This document shows positions 29,736 through 38,919 of a stretch of DNA of 43,364 nucleotides, piece after piece. Both the position numbers and the translations under genes were made by a program. Positions within the stretch are counted from its first letter, which is position 1. The number at the start of each line of letters is the position of its first letter. The notes beneath the pieces are model-generated. The model had not been told where the DNA came from. It did not search any database and saw nothing but the letters and a program-made list of their open reading frames with translations. The stretch covers positions 8,345 through 51,708 of the forward strand of contig JBNKTL010000034.1 of assembly GCA_050298055.1 (NCBI GenBank). The letters are read 5' to 3'. This DNA comes from Spirochaetota bacterium. GTDB taxonomy: Bacteria; Spirochaetota; UBA4802; UBA5550.

Positions 29736-30539
29736 TCAGAAGTTCTTCCTGGTGAACTTCTCAATGGATTGCCAGATCAGGGACCTGAGCCTGTTTATCC
29801 TGATATCGTCCACCTTCATAAAGTCGTAGCTGAAGAACCTGTCATTAATAAAAAGAGATTTTGACAGGGAAAACCTCAGCATGGGGACCTCCCCGGAGCC
29901 GTATGTTTTGAGGATATGCCCCCTGCTCCGGGCTCCGCCGATCTTCACGCTGTCAGTTACTGTTTCTTTCTCATCACCGAAGTTTTTTCTCAGGATGTCC
30001 GCGAAATCAGCCGCCAGTTCCCTGCTGCATGTGGGTACTTTTCTCTCTCCTGACTCAAATGAGTTCTCTATGGATATTAATGGCCGGGGCTGTCCGGGCC
30101 GGGGTGAGTTTTTCGGGCTTACCGGCATCATTGTATGACATTCGATGATCAGCCTGATCTCACCGGTATCGAGAATTTTCTTTATGGTATCGTGAAAAGG
30201 GATATAGTACCGTTTGATCAGGTTGGCCAGGGCAATATGGTCGGGAAAGGACCCGTTCCTGAACAGGCTGTATCCGTCATAGGTGGTTTTTTTTATAACA
30301 CCGTCATACGAGGCAGGGGGGACTTCGGTTTTTCCCCTGTCCAGGTCAATGAAAAGCCGGGAGATATTTGTGTCAAGTTTTGCCGAGACCTCGTTTTCAA
30401 AGGCGAAAAGGGAGTTGGCACATGTATCCGCGTACATGAAAAGCTGGAACCTGTCGAGGTCCTCATGGCCTGACATCTCCTCCGGTACGGAACATCCACC
30501 ATGGGGTATTATGATCAGGATCGGAAGTTTGCTTTTCAT
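29736..30539 (-). CDS. N-formylglutamate amidohydrolase family protein
   Basis: IPHGGCSVP, SRLFIDLDR, YYIPFH, IECHTM. Confidence 0.8.
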   Translation of the reverse strand: MKSKLPILIIIPHGGCSVPEEMSGHEDLDRFQLFMYADTCANSLFAFENEVSAKLDTNISRLFIDLDRGKTEVPPASYDGVIKKTTYDGYSLFRNGSFPDHIALANLIKRYYIPFHDTIKKILDTGEIRLIIECHTMMPVSPKNSPRPGQPRPLISIENSFESGERKVPTCSRELAADFADILRKNFGDEKETVTDSVKIGGARSRGHILKTYGSGEVPMLRFSLSKSLFINDRFFSYDFMKVDDIRINRLRSLIWQSIEKFTRKNF

Positions 30540-30593
30540 CGGATTTCAGTTGAGGCTTTTAATATTATTTGTCAAGAATTTATCGGAAGATTT

Positions 30594-30657
30594 GCCACAG
30601 AGGCATAGAGGCACAGAGGAAGAGGTTTACCACGAAGTGCACGAAGTCCACGAAGGG
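30594..30657. repeat. Two abutting short tandem arrays (GCACAGAG x3, CACGAAGTN x3)
   Basis: GCCACAGAG-GCATAGAG-GCACAGAG then CACGAAGTG-CACGAAGTC-CACGAAGGG. The first array is the reverse complement of motifs at 15996-16016 and 24657-24677. Confidence 0.8.
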
Positions 30658-30668
30658 GAGAAGATGTT

Positions 30669-31520
30669 TCACACAGAGCTATGCCCCTGTAATTTATTTT
30701 CTTTATAAAACTCCCCGTCATAATCCTTCAGTACCCTGTTGATGATTTTAATGACAACAGGGAGGCTCTTATCTATTTTTCTTCTGATAACCATACCAAA
30801 GAGCCTTTCATCCAATGAATCTTTTCCCAGTCCGAATTTCCTTATGTGATAGTTAAGATATTCCCTTGCATTAAAGGTTGTTGTTATGGCCTTTTTATAA
30901 TATACAGCGGCAATTTTCTCCAGTCCTTCGGAATGAGAGAGTATTTTATTAATTTTTCCTGTTTTCTCTCTTAAATATTTTTTCAATAATTTATCATACA
31001 CTTCCTGTGCCCTGACATTAAAAATAAGAGTATCAGGTTTAACATAAATTTTATCAAATGCGGTCAGCAGGCCGGAAGGATTATAAAAAATGAAATAAGG
31101 GTGACGTTCATCATTTTCTGTTTTCATTTTTATTTTTTTACTGATTAACTCGGTGGCAAATATTTTTTTAAAACTTCTCTCAAGTATTTCCAGGTCGTTA
31201 CTGCTCATATTGATAATTGCATATGAATAACAATAGCTGTAAAAATTCCTGTTGCAATTGAGCTGTGCCGGAAGAGGGTCCTGGGCGTAAAAGGTAATAA
31301 AGTTGATCAGGCTGGCCCTTATTGTTGTAATGCTCTGGTTGAAATCCCTGAAGGGGATATCATTTTTTACCGGTTTTATTTGTCTGCACCCTTTTCGGAG
31401 ATATAAAATATTAAACCGGTAAAATGTATCAATAAATGAGCCTTTTACATGTTCTTCGGTTAAGGCCGGTGTCATTAATATAAGGATTAATATAAATGTA
31501 ATGATTGAGTTTCGCAGCAT
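30669..31520 (-). CDS. Hypothetical exported protein, AT-rich
   Basis: 283-aa ORF with a signal peptide. No recognised family. Confidence 0.65.
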   Translation of the reverse strand: MLRNSIITFILILILMTPALTEEHVKGSFIDTFYRFNILYLRKGCRQIKPVKNDIPFRDFNQSITTIRASLINFITFYAQDPLPAQLNCNRNFYSYCYSYAIINMSSNDLEILERSFKKIFATELISKKIKMKTENDERHPYFIFYNPSGLLTAFDKIYVKPDTLIFNVRAQEVYDKLLKKYLREKTGKINKILSHSEGLEKIAAVYYKKAITTTFNAREYLNYHIRKFGLGKDSLDERLFGMVIRRKIDKSLPVVIKIINRVLKDYDGEFYKENKLQGHSSV

Positions 31521-31751
31521 TCTTCAATATAAATGTTTTAATTTGCATTATTTACTGATTTAAAATATATCATGTCAAGTATTAAAATCATATTGATTGC
31601 AATGTTTAAAAATTAATCCTGTTAACCGCTTTAAAACCGGAACCCCAAATTTTCTGGACAGATAAACCAGATATCGTTACAGTGCCATAAAAACATTCCG
31701 GAGAACATTAATGAAAATAAAACTTCCGCTTATTTTAACGGAGAGGGCCGT

Positions 31752-32384
31752 ATGACAGGGAGGAGGGCCTACCTTTTCGATTTTGACGGGACCCTGGTTG
31801 ATACAATGCAGGGCTTCGCGGATATTGCCGCGGACGTCATAAGCACCCATCACCGGGAGATCAGCTTTGGTGAAGCGAGGCGCCGGTACCTTGAAACCTC
31901 GGGGAACCCGTTTTTTAAGCAGCTTGAGATGATACTGCCCGGAGATCCTCTCAACGGTAAAATGGCGTCACTCTTTGAGGAGAGGAAGATAGAGGGGTTC
32001 TTCAAATCAACTTTTTCAGATGATGTGAGAGATACCATCGAAAGCCTGAGGGCGCGGGGGGACATTGCCGGTGTGGCTTCAAATAACTTCCAGGAGCTTA
32101 TCGACAGCTTTGTGGAGAGAGAGGGGCTGGTCTTTGATATTGTTCTGGGCTTCAGGGAGGGTTTTGAAAAGGGGAAGCAGCACTTCGATTTTGTCATTCA
32201 GCACTTTTCACTGGAAAGAGATGACCTGACTTTTGTGGGGGACTCGTTGAAAGACGCGGAAAAGGCCTTTGATAATAAGATCAGGTTCATCGGAGTCTGC
32301 GGGACTTTCCGCAGGGATGATTTCCTGGGAATAAGAAGTGACATTGTAACGATAAATTCACTAAAGGAGATTCTCACGTTATGA
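31752..32384 (+). CDS. HAD-superfamily phosphatase
   Basis: Motif I FDFDGTLVD, VASNN, K, FVGDSLKD. Confidence 0.92.
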   Translation: MTGRRAYLFDFDGTLVDTMQGFADIAADVISTHHREISFGEARRRYLETSGNPFFKQLEMILPGDPLNGKMASLFEERKIEGFFKSTFSDDVRDTIESLRARGDIAGVASNNFQELIDSFVEREGLVFDIVLGFREGFEKGKQHFDFVIQHFSLERDDLTFVGDSLKDAEKAFDNKIRFIGVCGTFRRDDFLGIRSDIVTINSLKEILTL

Positions 32385-33115
32385 GAGCGGTAATACTTGC
32401 GGCGGGAACAGGAAGCAGGCTGGGAGAAATAACACGGGCGCGGACCAAGGGGATGGTCCCGGTGGCGGGGAAAAAACTCATTGACCACCTCCTGAACTTT
32501 CTTGATCGGGAATTCTTTGATGAGATCATTGTAGTGGGGGGGTATTGTTACGAGGACCTGAGAGACCACCTGGAAGCACAGGAGATCCCTAACCTCAGGG
32601 TGATCCAGAACAGGGACTACCTGAAGGGAAATATCTTTACCCTGCTTACGGGACTTGAAGAATTCAGAAATGACTCCTTCCTGATCACGAATGTGGATCA
32701 CATCTATCCTCCCGCCATGTTCAGGAAGATGAAGGAGTCCTTCGGGGGCATCACCGCCATGTGTGATTTTGACAGGGACCTCACTGATGATGACATGAAG
32801 GTAAAGCTTTCCGCGGACGGGAAACATGTTGAGATGATCAGCAAGGAACTCTCCCGGTACAATTGCGGTTATATCGGCATGACCTATGTGGATGTCTCCA
32901 AAGAGGCGGTTTACCGGGAAGCGGCCGCGGAGACGGTGAGGACCGTGGGGGAGAAGGCGGTTGTTGAAAACGTCCTTCAGTTTCTCGCGGGGGAAAAGAG
33001 GCGCGCTCCCGTGATCTGTGATCTCTCGGGCTTCGGATGGTTTGAGGTGGATGATGAAAATGATCTCCGAAAAGCAGAGAAGGGCCTTGAGAACATAAAG
33101 AATATCAGCATATGA
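32381..33115 (+). CDS. NTP transferase, inositol-1-phosphate/phosphocholine cytidylyltransferase-like
   Basis: AVILAAGTGSRL, KGMVPVAGK, NVDHIY, DMKV, WFEVDDENDL. Confidence 0.85.
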   Translation: MRAVILAAGTGSRLGEITRARTKGMVPVAGKKLIDHLLNFLDREFFDEIIVVGGYCYEDLRDHLEAQEIPNLRVIQNRDYLKGNIFTLLTGLEEFRNDSFLITNVDHIYPPAMFRKMKESFGGITAMCDFDRDLTDDDMKVKLSADGKHVEMISKELSRYNCGYIGMTYVDVSKEAVYREAAAETVRTVGEKAVVENVLQFLAGEKRRAPVICDLSGFGWFEVDDENDLRKAEKGLENIKNISI

Positions 33116-34011
33116 AGATAGGCGCCCTTTCCGATATCCATGCTGACATAAACGGTAAAAGGGGTGAACCGGGATTTGTTGATAAACTGGCCCGGTACCT
33201 GGACAGTCTTGACCTGGATGTTTTTCTTGTGCCGGGAGACGCGGCAGGGTCCGCGAACAGCCTTATTGAATTTTTCTCCCGGTGTAAAGACCTCGCTGTC
33301 CCTCATAAAATATACCTGCCGGGAAATCATGATATCTGGACCGGGGGAAAGATCCCCGACGGGTCGTGGGTGAAGTACAGAAGGGTCCTGCCGGAGATCT
33401 GTAATGAATTTGACTGGATTTATCTGCCGCGCAATCCCCGGGTCATCGGGAGGACCGCTTTTTTCGGCTCCATGGGCTGGTATGATTATTCGTCGGCAAA
33501 CAGTATGTGGGAAGGGATGTTCAGTGAAGAGGATTACATACTGAAGGTCAGTCCCGGTAACGCGAAGTGGATGGATGCTGAATACGCGCACTTTGATATG
33601 AGTGACAGGGAGGTTGCCGGGAAGCTCCTCAGGGAGGCGGAGGAGGACCTGGAAAGTCTCGGGTTTTTTCCGGAGGGGGATAAGGGGATCGGATATGCCG
33701 GCGATGACTTGGATTCAATTGTCTTTTTATCACATATTGTCCCCTACAGGGATTTTCTTCATTACAAAAACGATCCCTCCTGGGATTTCTTCGGAGCATA
33801 TATCGGAAATATCAATATCGGGAAATTCCTGGACAGGCTTCCCCGGCATCTCAGGAGGCTTGCCTTTTTCGGGCATACGCATTTTCCCGGAGAGAAGGTC
33901 CTTGAAAGCGGTGTTGAGGGATACTGTGTGCCCCTGGGTTATCCCGAAGAGTATGGCGGGGGAAACCTGGAAGATGTCTTCAGGGAGAGGATGGTGGTTG
34001 TCGAGGTCTAG
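33112..34011 (+). CDS. Calcineurin-like metallophosphoesterase
   Basis: SDIH, PGD, GNHD, GWYDYS, SH, GHTH. Confidence 0.92.
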   Translation: MKIGALSDIHADINGKRGEPGFVDKLARYLDSLDLDVFLVPGDAAGSANSLIEFFSRCKDLAVPHKIYLPGNHDIWTGGKIPDGSWVKYRRVLPEICNEFDWIYLPRNPRVIGRTAFFGSMGWYDYSSANSMWEGMFSEEDYILKVSPGNAKWMDAEYAHFDMSDREVAGKLLREAEEDLESLGFFPEGDKGIGYAGDDLDSIVFLSHIVPYRDFLHYKNDPSWDFFGAYIGNINIGKFLDRLPRHLRRLAFFGHTHFPGEKVLESGVEGYCVPLGYPEEYGGGNLEDVFRERMVVVEV

Positions 34012-34634
34012 CGTTCCCCTTTTTCCCTGTTTCTCAGCTTTTCAATCTTCTTTATATCCGATGATATGTTTTCGCATATTTTCTGGTAGAGGACATTGAA
34101 CTTGGAGAGCTTGTTCAGCCTGAATTCCGAATCGCTGGCCCAGATGCTGTCAGGATATTCGTTAACAACGGTTAAAAAGTACTCGTATGATTTCCGGAAA
34201 TACCTGATTGAGAGGATTGCCAGTTCCAGGAGCTTTTCATTGCTCACGAATCGTCTCGACCTGCCGTCTCTTCGCAGTTTAAACCTGCTGTTAAATATTT
34301 CAAGAGCGTTTGAGTAATAATAAAATCCCAGCTTGTAATAGGTATAGGAGGGGTCTTTCAGATGTCCCACCTCTGTGGTCATTTCCTTTTCTTCATGGGG
34401 TTCCTCATGCTGGTTCGCGGCCGGGGGAGAGGTGTATTGGTCATTGTAACAGGAGAGTACGGACATATACGCCTGGTTTATCCGCATCATCTTTAATTCC
34501 TGGCTGTGCCGTTCCTCCCTGGGAAAAAGGTCGGGGTGGTTTGCCTTGGCAAGTTTCCTGTATGAGCTCCTTATCTCATCCAGGGAAGATTCCGGCTTGA
34601 CATTCAGAATTTTATAATAATACTCGTTTATCAT
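34008..34634 (-). CDS. J-domain protein with a helical/TPR-like C-terminus
   Basis: YYKILNV...YRKLAKANHPD...INQAY. Probable start at ATG 34634. Confidence 0.85.
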   Translation of the reverse strand: MINEYYYKILNVKPESSLDEIRSSYRKLAKANHPDLFPREERHSQELKMMRINQAYMSVLSCYNDQYTSPPAANQHEEPHEEKEMTTEVGHLKDPSYTYYKLGFYYYSNALEIFNSRFKLRRDGRSRRFVSNEKLLELAILSIRYFRKSYEYFLTVVNEYPDSIWASDSEFRLNKLSKFNVLYQKICENISSDIKKIEKLRNREKGER

Positions 34635-34838
34635 TGGCAGAGTGAACAATTGACAGGTTTAGTCTATAGATCGGCCTTTCACCGGTATTTCCTGAAAGAT
34701 CACTGTCAATATTATATGAGTAGTTTCAAAAAAGTCACCGGTCAAGTTAATTTTGAGGGGTAACACCCCGGCCGGTATGTGCGTTAAATATGACCGGCCG
34801 TTAAGGCAGCGGTGGATGTATACTCGGGGAGGATTCTG

Positions 34839-35555
34839 TTGAAAAAAGCAATAATTATTGGTGCAACGTCCGGTATCGGTTTTGAACTGGCAAAACTTAT
34901 GCTCAGGGATAACTATATTCTGGGTCTTGCCGGGAGGAGAATTGAGAGGTTGGATGAACTGAAGGAGAAGTATTCCGGAAGGGTTTTTCTGAAGAAAATT
35001 GATGTGAACAGGACTGATGCAGCGGTGAGATCGGCAGGGGAACTGATCAGGGAGATGGGGGGTATTGACCTTTTTTTTATCAGTTCCGGTACGGGGGACA
35101 TCAACTACGGGCTTGACCTGGGAAAAGAGCTCGGAACGGTTGAGACAAATGTGGCCGGTTTTACCGCAATGGCAAATGTGGCGGCCGGGTATTTTGATGA
35201 AAAGGGGAGCGGGCATATTGCCGCAATATCATCAATTGCCGCTGTGCGGGGAGGGTCGGCATCTCCCGCCTATAATGCTTCCAAGGCCTACCAGTCTTCA
35301 TACCTGCAGGGCCTCAGGCAGAGGGGGGCGAAGAGGAAGACAGACCTCGTTGTTACTGATATTATGCCCGGTTTTATCAGGACAGAGATGATGAAGGGTG
35401 AGGGGCTTTTCTGGGTGGCACCGGCGGAGAAGGCGGCGCTTCAGATATACCGTGCCCTGAAAAAGAAGAAGAGCCATGCCTATATTACAAAGAGATGGAG
35501 GCTCATGGCCTGGCTGATCAGGCTGCTGCCCGATTTCCTGTATAATAAGATATAG
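34839..35555 (+). CDS. Short-chain dehydrogenase/reductase
   Basis: GATSGIG, ISSIA, YNASK, PGFIRT. TTG start with SD GGAGG. Confidence 0.93.
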   Translation: MKKAIIIGATSGIGFELAKLMLRDNYILGLAGRRIERLDELKEKYSGRVFLKKIDVNRTDAAVRSAGELIREMGGIDLFFISSGTGDINYGLDLGKELGTVETNVAGFTAMANVAAGYFDEKGSGHIAAISSIAAVRGGSASPAYNASKAYQSSYLQGLRQRGAKRKTDLVVTDIMPGFIRTEMMKGEGLFWVAPAEKAALQIYRALKKKKSHAYITKRWRLMAWLIRLLPDFLYNKI

Positions 35556-35589
35556 GATCTGAGTTATATATTAGATTTGTTTTACACTA

Positions 35590-35703
35590 TGTCATCATGA
35601 GGAGTGAAACGACGTAATGATCTGTTTCTTTACAAATAGAGTACTTTATTATCCGATACATTTTTCAGTAAGAACAGATAGCGACGCTTCGCTCGCTATG
35701 ACA
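35590..35703. repeat. Palindromic element TGTCAT...ATGACA (second copy of the 13010 family, inverted)
   Basis: TGTCATCATGAGGAGTGAAACGACGTAATGATCTGTT ... AACAGATAGCGACGCTTCGCTCGCTATGACA. Confidence 0.8.
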
Positions 35704-35765
35704 GTAACTATTAACTGACAACGATATTTCACCCATTCTGATATGATAGAGGAGTTATTCCCCAT

Positions 35766-36227
35766 ATGAATATAAAAGAAATTAAAATTAAAAAACCTAA
35801 GCAGGAGGACTTTATTGATGTCTATCTTCTGTTGAAACAACTCTGGCCTGAAAAGAAGATAAAGCGGAAAGTCCTTGAGAAAGTATTCACCGAGGGACTG
35901 AAATCAACAGCCGGGGAATACCTTGTTGCCTGGTTTGATGATGTTATCATAGGTTTTATTTCGGTACATTACAGGAACAGCCTCTGGCAGGAAGGGATGC
36001 TTGCCCATATCGATGAAATGGTCGTTGACGAGGACTACAGGGGTAAGGGAGTGGGCACTCTCCTCCTGGATGAATGCTTAAAGACGGCTGTCAAAAAAAA
36101 ATGTTTGAGGATCGAGGTCGATTCAGCCCTCAAGAGGCTGGATGCCCACAGGTTTTATAAATCCAAAAATTTTGAAAACCGGGCATATCTTTTTTCCCGG
36201 GAACTGGATGAAAGTCCTACCAGATGA
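35766..36227 (+). CDS. GNAT family N-acetyltransferase
   Basis: IDEMVVDEDYRGKGVGTLLL, AHRFY. SD GAGGAG. Confidence 0.93.
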   Translation: MNIKEIKIKKPKQEDFIDVYLLLKQLWPEKKIKRKVLEKVFTEGLKSTAGEYLVAWFDDVIIGFISVHYRNSLWQEGMLAHIDEMVVDEDYRGKGVGTLLLDECLKTAVKKKCLRIEVDSALKRLDAHRFYKSKNFENRAYLFSRELDESPTR

Positions 36228-37188
36228 GGTTAATCGGATCGATGGTCTCTCCGTGCCTCATAAAGAGAAGATGAAGATGGGGACCCGTTGATCTCCCTGT
36301 GGAACCTATTGCGGCAATAACGTCTTTCTTGGTTACCCAGTCCCCGACCTTTACCAGTATCTTTGAGCAGTGCCCGTAAAGTGTGGTATAGCCGTCGTAG
36401 TGCTGCACCATAATTGTTTTACCGTATCCGTCCCGCCATCCCGTATAGATGACAATTCCTTCCCGTGCGGGATTTATCGGTGTGTCGTAGCGTGCCACAA
36501 TATCAACTCCGTCATGAAAGTCCATACCGTGGTGGAAAGGGTCTACCCTGTCTCCGAAAAGTGATGTGAAATATCCTTCAACCGGAAGCTGGAATACCTT
36601 TTTATAGCTATAGAGTTTTTCGATTGAATCGTTAAGGACTCCAGGCTCTGCTTTTTCAAGGAAAACAAAACGAATGTCATCTGTGGGGATAAGATTAAAA
36701 ATTCCGTTCAGTTGATCGCCCCTGACAATGCCTTTGTGGCCGGTTTTTTCAACCATTCTGCCGATATCGGAGCTGTTGTCATAAGGAAGGAGGACTCCGT
36801 CCACCAGCGGAATGAGTATCTCCATACCGCTTTCCGCCTGAAGTGTTTTTATAAAGGGATTGGCTGCTATGATTGTATCGATGGAGACTTTATACTTTCT
36901 TGTAATGTCCCAGAATGTTTCATTTTTTCCGATTGTATGAAGTGTGAGGTGAACACCGGGATTATAGGGGTATCTTTTTATAAGACTGATATAATCCCTG
37001 CTGTTGGTGAAGAGGGGAAAACCGTCTTTAAGAATATACTGGTTTCTTTCAACGTTTACGCTGTTCCTCAGTACTGCCGATAAAATATTCCCCGTCACAA
37101 GAATGGTAATAATGAGAATAAGTACCGATTTGAATATGAAGCTCAACCTGTTTGCCTGGTACTTTGTGACGGGAATCCCTCTTAGCAT
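36217..37188 (-). CDS. LysM / M23 family metallopeptidase
   Basis: LysM-like ETFWDITRKYKVSIDTIIAANP, HDGVD, YGH, GSTGRSTGPHLH. Probable start at ATG 37188. Confidence 0.92.
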   Translation of the reverse strand: MLRGIPVTKYQANRLSFIFKSVLILIITILVTGNILSAVLRNSVNVERNQYILKDGFPLFTNSRDYISLIKRYPYNPGVHLTLHTIGKNETFWDITRKYKVSIDTIIAANPFIKTLQAESGMEILIPLVDGVLLPYDNSSDIGRMVEKTGHKGIVRGDQLNGIFNLIPTDDIRFVFLEKAEPGVLNDSIEKLYSYKKVFQLPVEGYFTSLFGDRVDPFHHGMDFHDGVDIVARYDTPINPAREGIVIYTGWRDGYGKTIMVQHYDGYTTLYGHCSKILVKVGDWVTKKDVIAAIGSTGRSTGPHLHLLFMRHGETIDPINLIW

Positions 37189-37192
37189 GTTT

Positions 37193-38002
37193 TTAACCCA
37201 AATCCCTTGATCTTTTTGTTGCTGCTTCCACCGCATCCATAACAATCCCGGAAAATCCTCCTTTTTCCAGTGAATGCAATCCTTCTATGGTTGTACCTCC
37301 CGGTGAGGTCACCCTGTTCCTTAACTCGATTGGTCCTTCGCCGCTTTCCAGAACCATCTTTGCAGCTCCCAGAACAGTCTGTGCTGACAGGATCTCCGCT
37401 TCTCTCCTGGGAAGCCCCATTTTCACTCCTCCGTCTGCAAGAGCCTGAATAAATGAAAAAACGTATGCCGGTCCGCTTCCGGAGAGGCCTGTGACGGCAT
37501 CCATATGTTTTTCCGGCAGAACCAGAACGCTTCCTGTAAACTGGAATATCTCCTTAACAGTTTCCAGTGATTCATCATCAACTGAATTGTTAGGTGATAA
37601 TACTGACATCCCCTCTCCAATGAGAGCAGGTGTGTTTGGCATAACCCTGATGATCTTCGTATCAGCCCCGAGAATCTTCTCTATACTCTCAAGCTTAATC
37701 CCGGCAGCAACTGATAGAACAATTTTATCTTTATCAAGTTTCCCGATACTGTTAAGTAAACCGGCTACATCACCCGGTTTTACAGCTATTGTTATTATCT
37801 CCGACTGGGAAACAACGGCTTCAACAGAGTCTGAAACCGATACCTTGAATTTGTCTCCAATCTCTCTCGCTTTTTCCGCATTGATATCAAAGAGAAAAAT
37901 ATTGTCAACAATATTTTTTGATGCGAGACCTGAAATTATTGCGCTTCCCATGTTTCCCGCGCCAATAAAGCCGATTTTACTCTTTTTAAGCCTGCTCATC
38001 AA
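37193..38002 (-). CDS. proC: Pyrroline-5-carboxylate reductase
   Basis: GFIGAGNMG, AVKP, RVMPNTP, SGSGPAY, VTSPGGTT. Confidence 0.98.
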   Translation of the reverse strand: MMSRLKKSKIGFIGAGNMGSAIISGLASKNIVDNIFLFDINAEKAREIGDKFKVSVSDSVEAVVSQSEIITIAVKPGDVAGLLNSIGKLDKDKIVLSVAAGIKLESIEKILGADTKIIRVMPNTPALIGEGMSVLSPNNSVDDESLETVKEIFQFTGSVLVLPEKHMDAVTGLSGSGPAYVFSFIQALADGGVKMGLPRREAEILSAQTVLGAAKMVLESGEGPIELRNRVTSPGGTTIEGLHSLEKGGFSGIVMDAVEAATKRSRDLG

Positions 38003-38691
38003 TATCTCCTCTCTCCGAATATGGCAGTTCCGATCCTGAGCATGGTTGCCCCTTCTTCAATGGCAATTCTGTAATCTGAAGACATTCCCATGGAAAGTTC
38101 CCTCATATTTGTACCGAGTTTTGAGTTTATGGTTTCCAGGGTATCTTTCAGTTTTCTGAAACAATCCCTTATAAGAGCGGTATCCCGGGTATAGGGAGCC
38201 ATGGTCATGAGGCCGAGGGTCTCCGTATTCTTCATATCGGCAACAGCATCTATAATATTTAGCGCATTTTCCGGATCGGTACCGCTTTTTGAAAGCTCAC
38301 CGGAGGTATTTACCTGGATAAGTATTTTTTGTACCTTCTCAATTTTTTCCGCTTCCCTGTTGATCTTTTCTGCTGTGTCTCTTTTGTCCAGAGAATGAAT
38401 CAGGTCGAAAAGCCTTACGGCATCCTTTGCCTTGTTCGACTGGAGATGTCCTATCATGTGCATGATAAAAGTCCCGGAGAGCCCTGGAATTTTTTCCTTC
38501 GCTTCCTTGACCTTGTTTTCACCGAAGAGCTCAATGCCTGAATCGATGGCTTCCTGTACTGTCTCCCGGGGGAAGTTTTTGCTGACGGCTATGATCCTGA
38601 TCTCCTCCGCGTTTCGTCCGCACGACCCTGCCGCCTCCCTCACAGACTCCTCTATTTTTCTGTAATTCTCAATAATGCTCATATTCATCAA
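37999..38691 (-). CDS. yggS: PLP homeostasis protein YggS
   Basis: AVSK, FGENKV, HMIGHLQSNK, GLMTM, LSMGMSSD, RIGTAIFG. True start may be ATG 38688 or 38682. Confidence 0.97.
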   Translation of the reverse strand: MMNMSIIENYRKIEESVREAAGSCGRNAEEIRIIAVSKNFPRETVQEAIDSGIELFGENKVKEAKEKIPGLSGTFIMHMIGHLQSNKAKDAVRLFDLIHSLDKRDTAEKINREAEKIEKVQKILIQVNTSGELSKSGTDPENALNIIDAVADMKNTETLGLMTMAPYTRDTALIRDCFRKLKDTLETINSKLGTNMRELSMGMSSDYRIAIEEGATMLRIGTAIFGERRY

Positions 38692-38704
38692 AAAAGATAA
38701 CTGG

Positions 38705-38771
38705 TATCCCCGCCATCCAAGGCGGCAGGGGACATATTATTGCTCTTTTAGTAAATACGTTGATTATAGTA
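38705..38771. repeat. Dispersed GC-rich hairpin element, copy 3 (degenerate)
   Basis: TATCCCCGCCATCCAAGGCGGCAGGGGACATATTATT...ATTATAGT. Confidence 0.7.
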
Positions 38772-38919
38772 ACGAAAATACTAAATATTGAAATAGTGAA
38801 AATTGACTCTTTATTAAAAATTGAAAATTATAGTTAAATTAGTCAAGAACTATATTTGTGTTGATGTTTCAGACCGGGTAATGTAGAAACAGCTCAGAAT
38901 ATAAAAATGGGGTCAGAGC

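Noticed and set aside
24893..34317. Many long antisense or alternate-frame ORFs over carB, trxB and the HAD operon
   Set aside because: Shadow ORFs expected from GC-rich codon usage of well-identified genes. No motifs.
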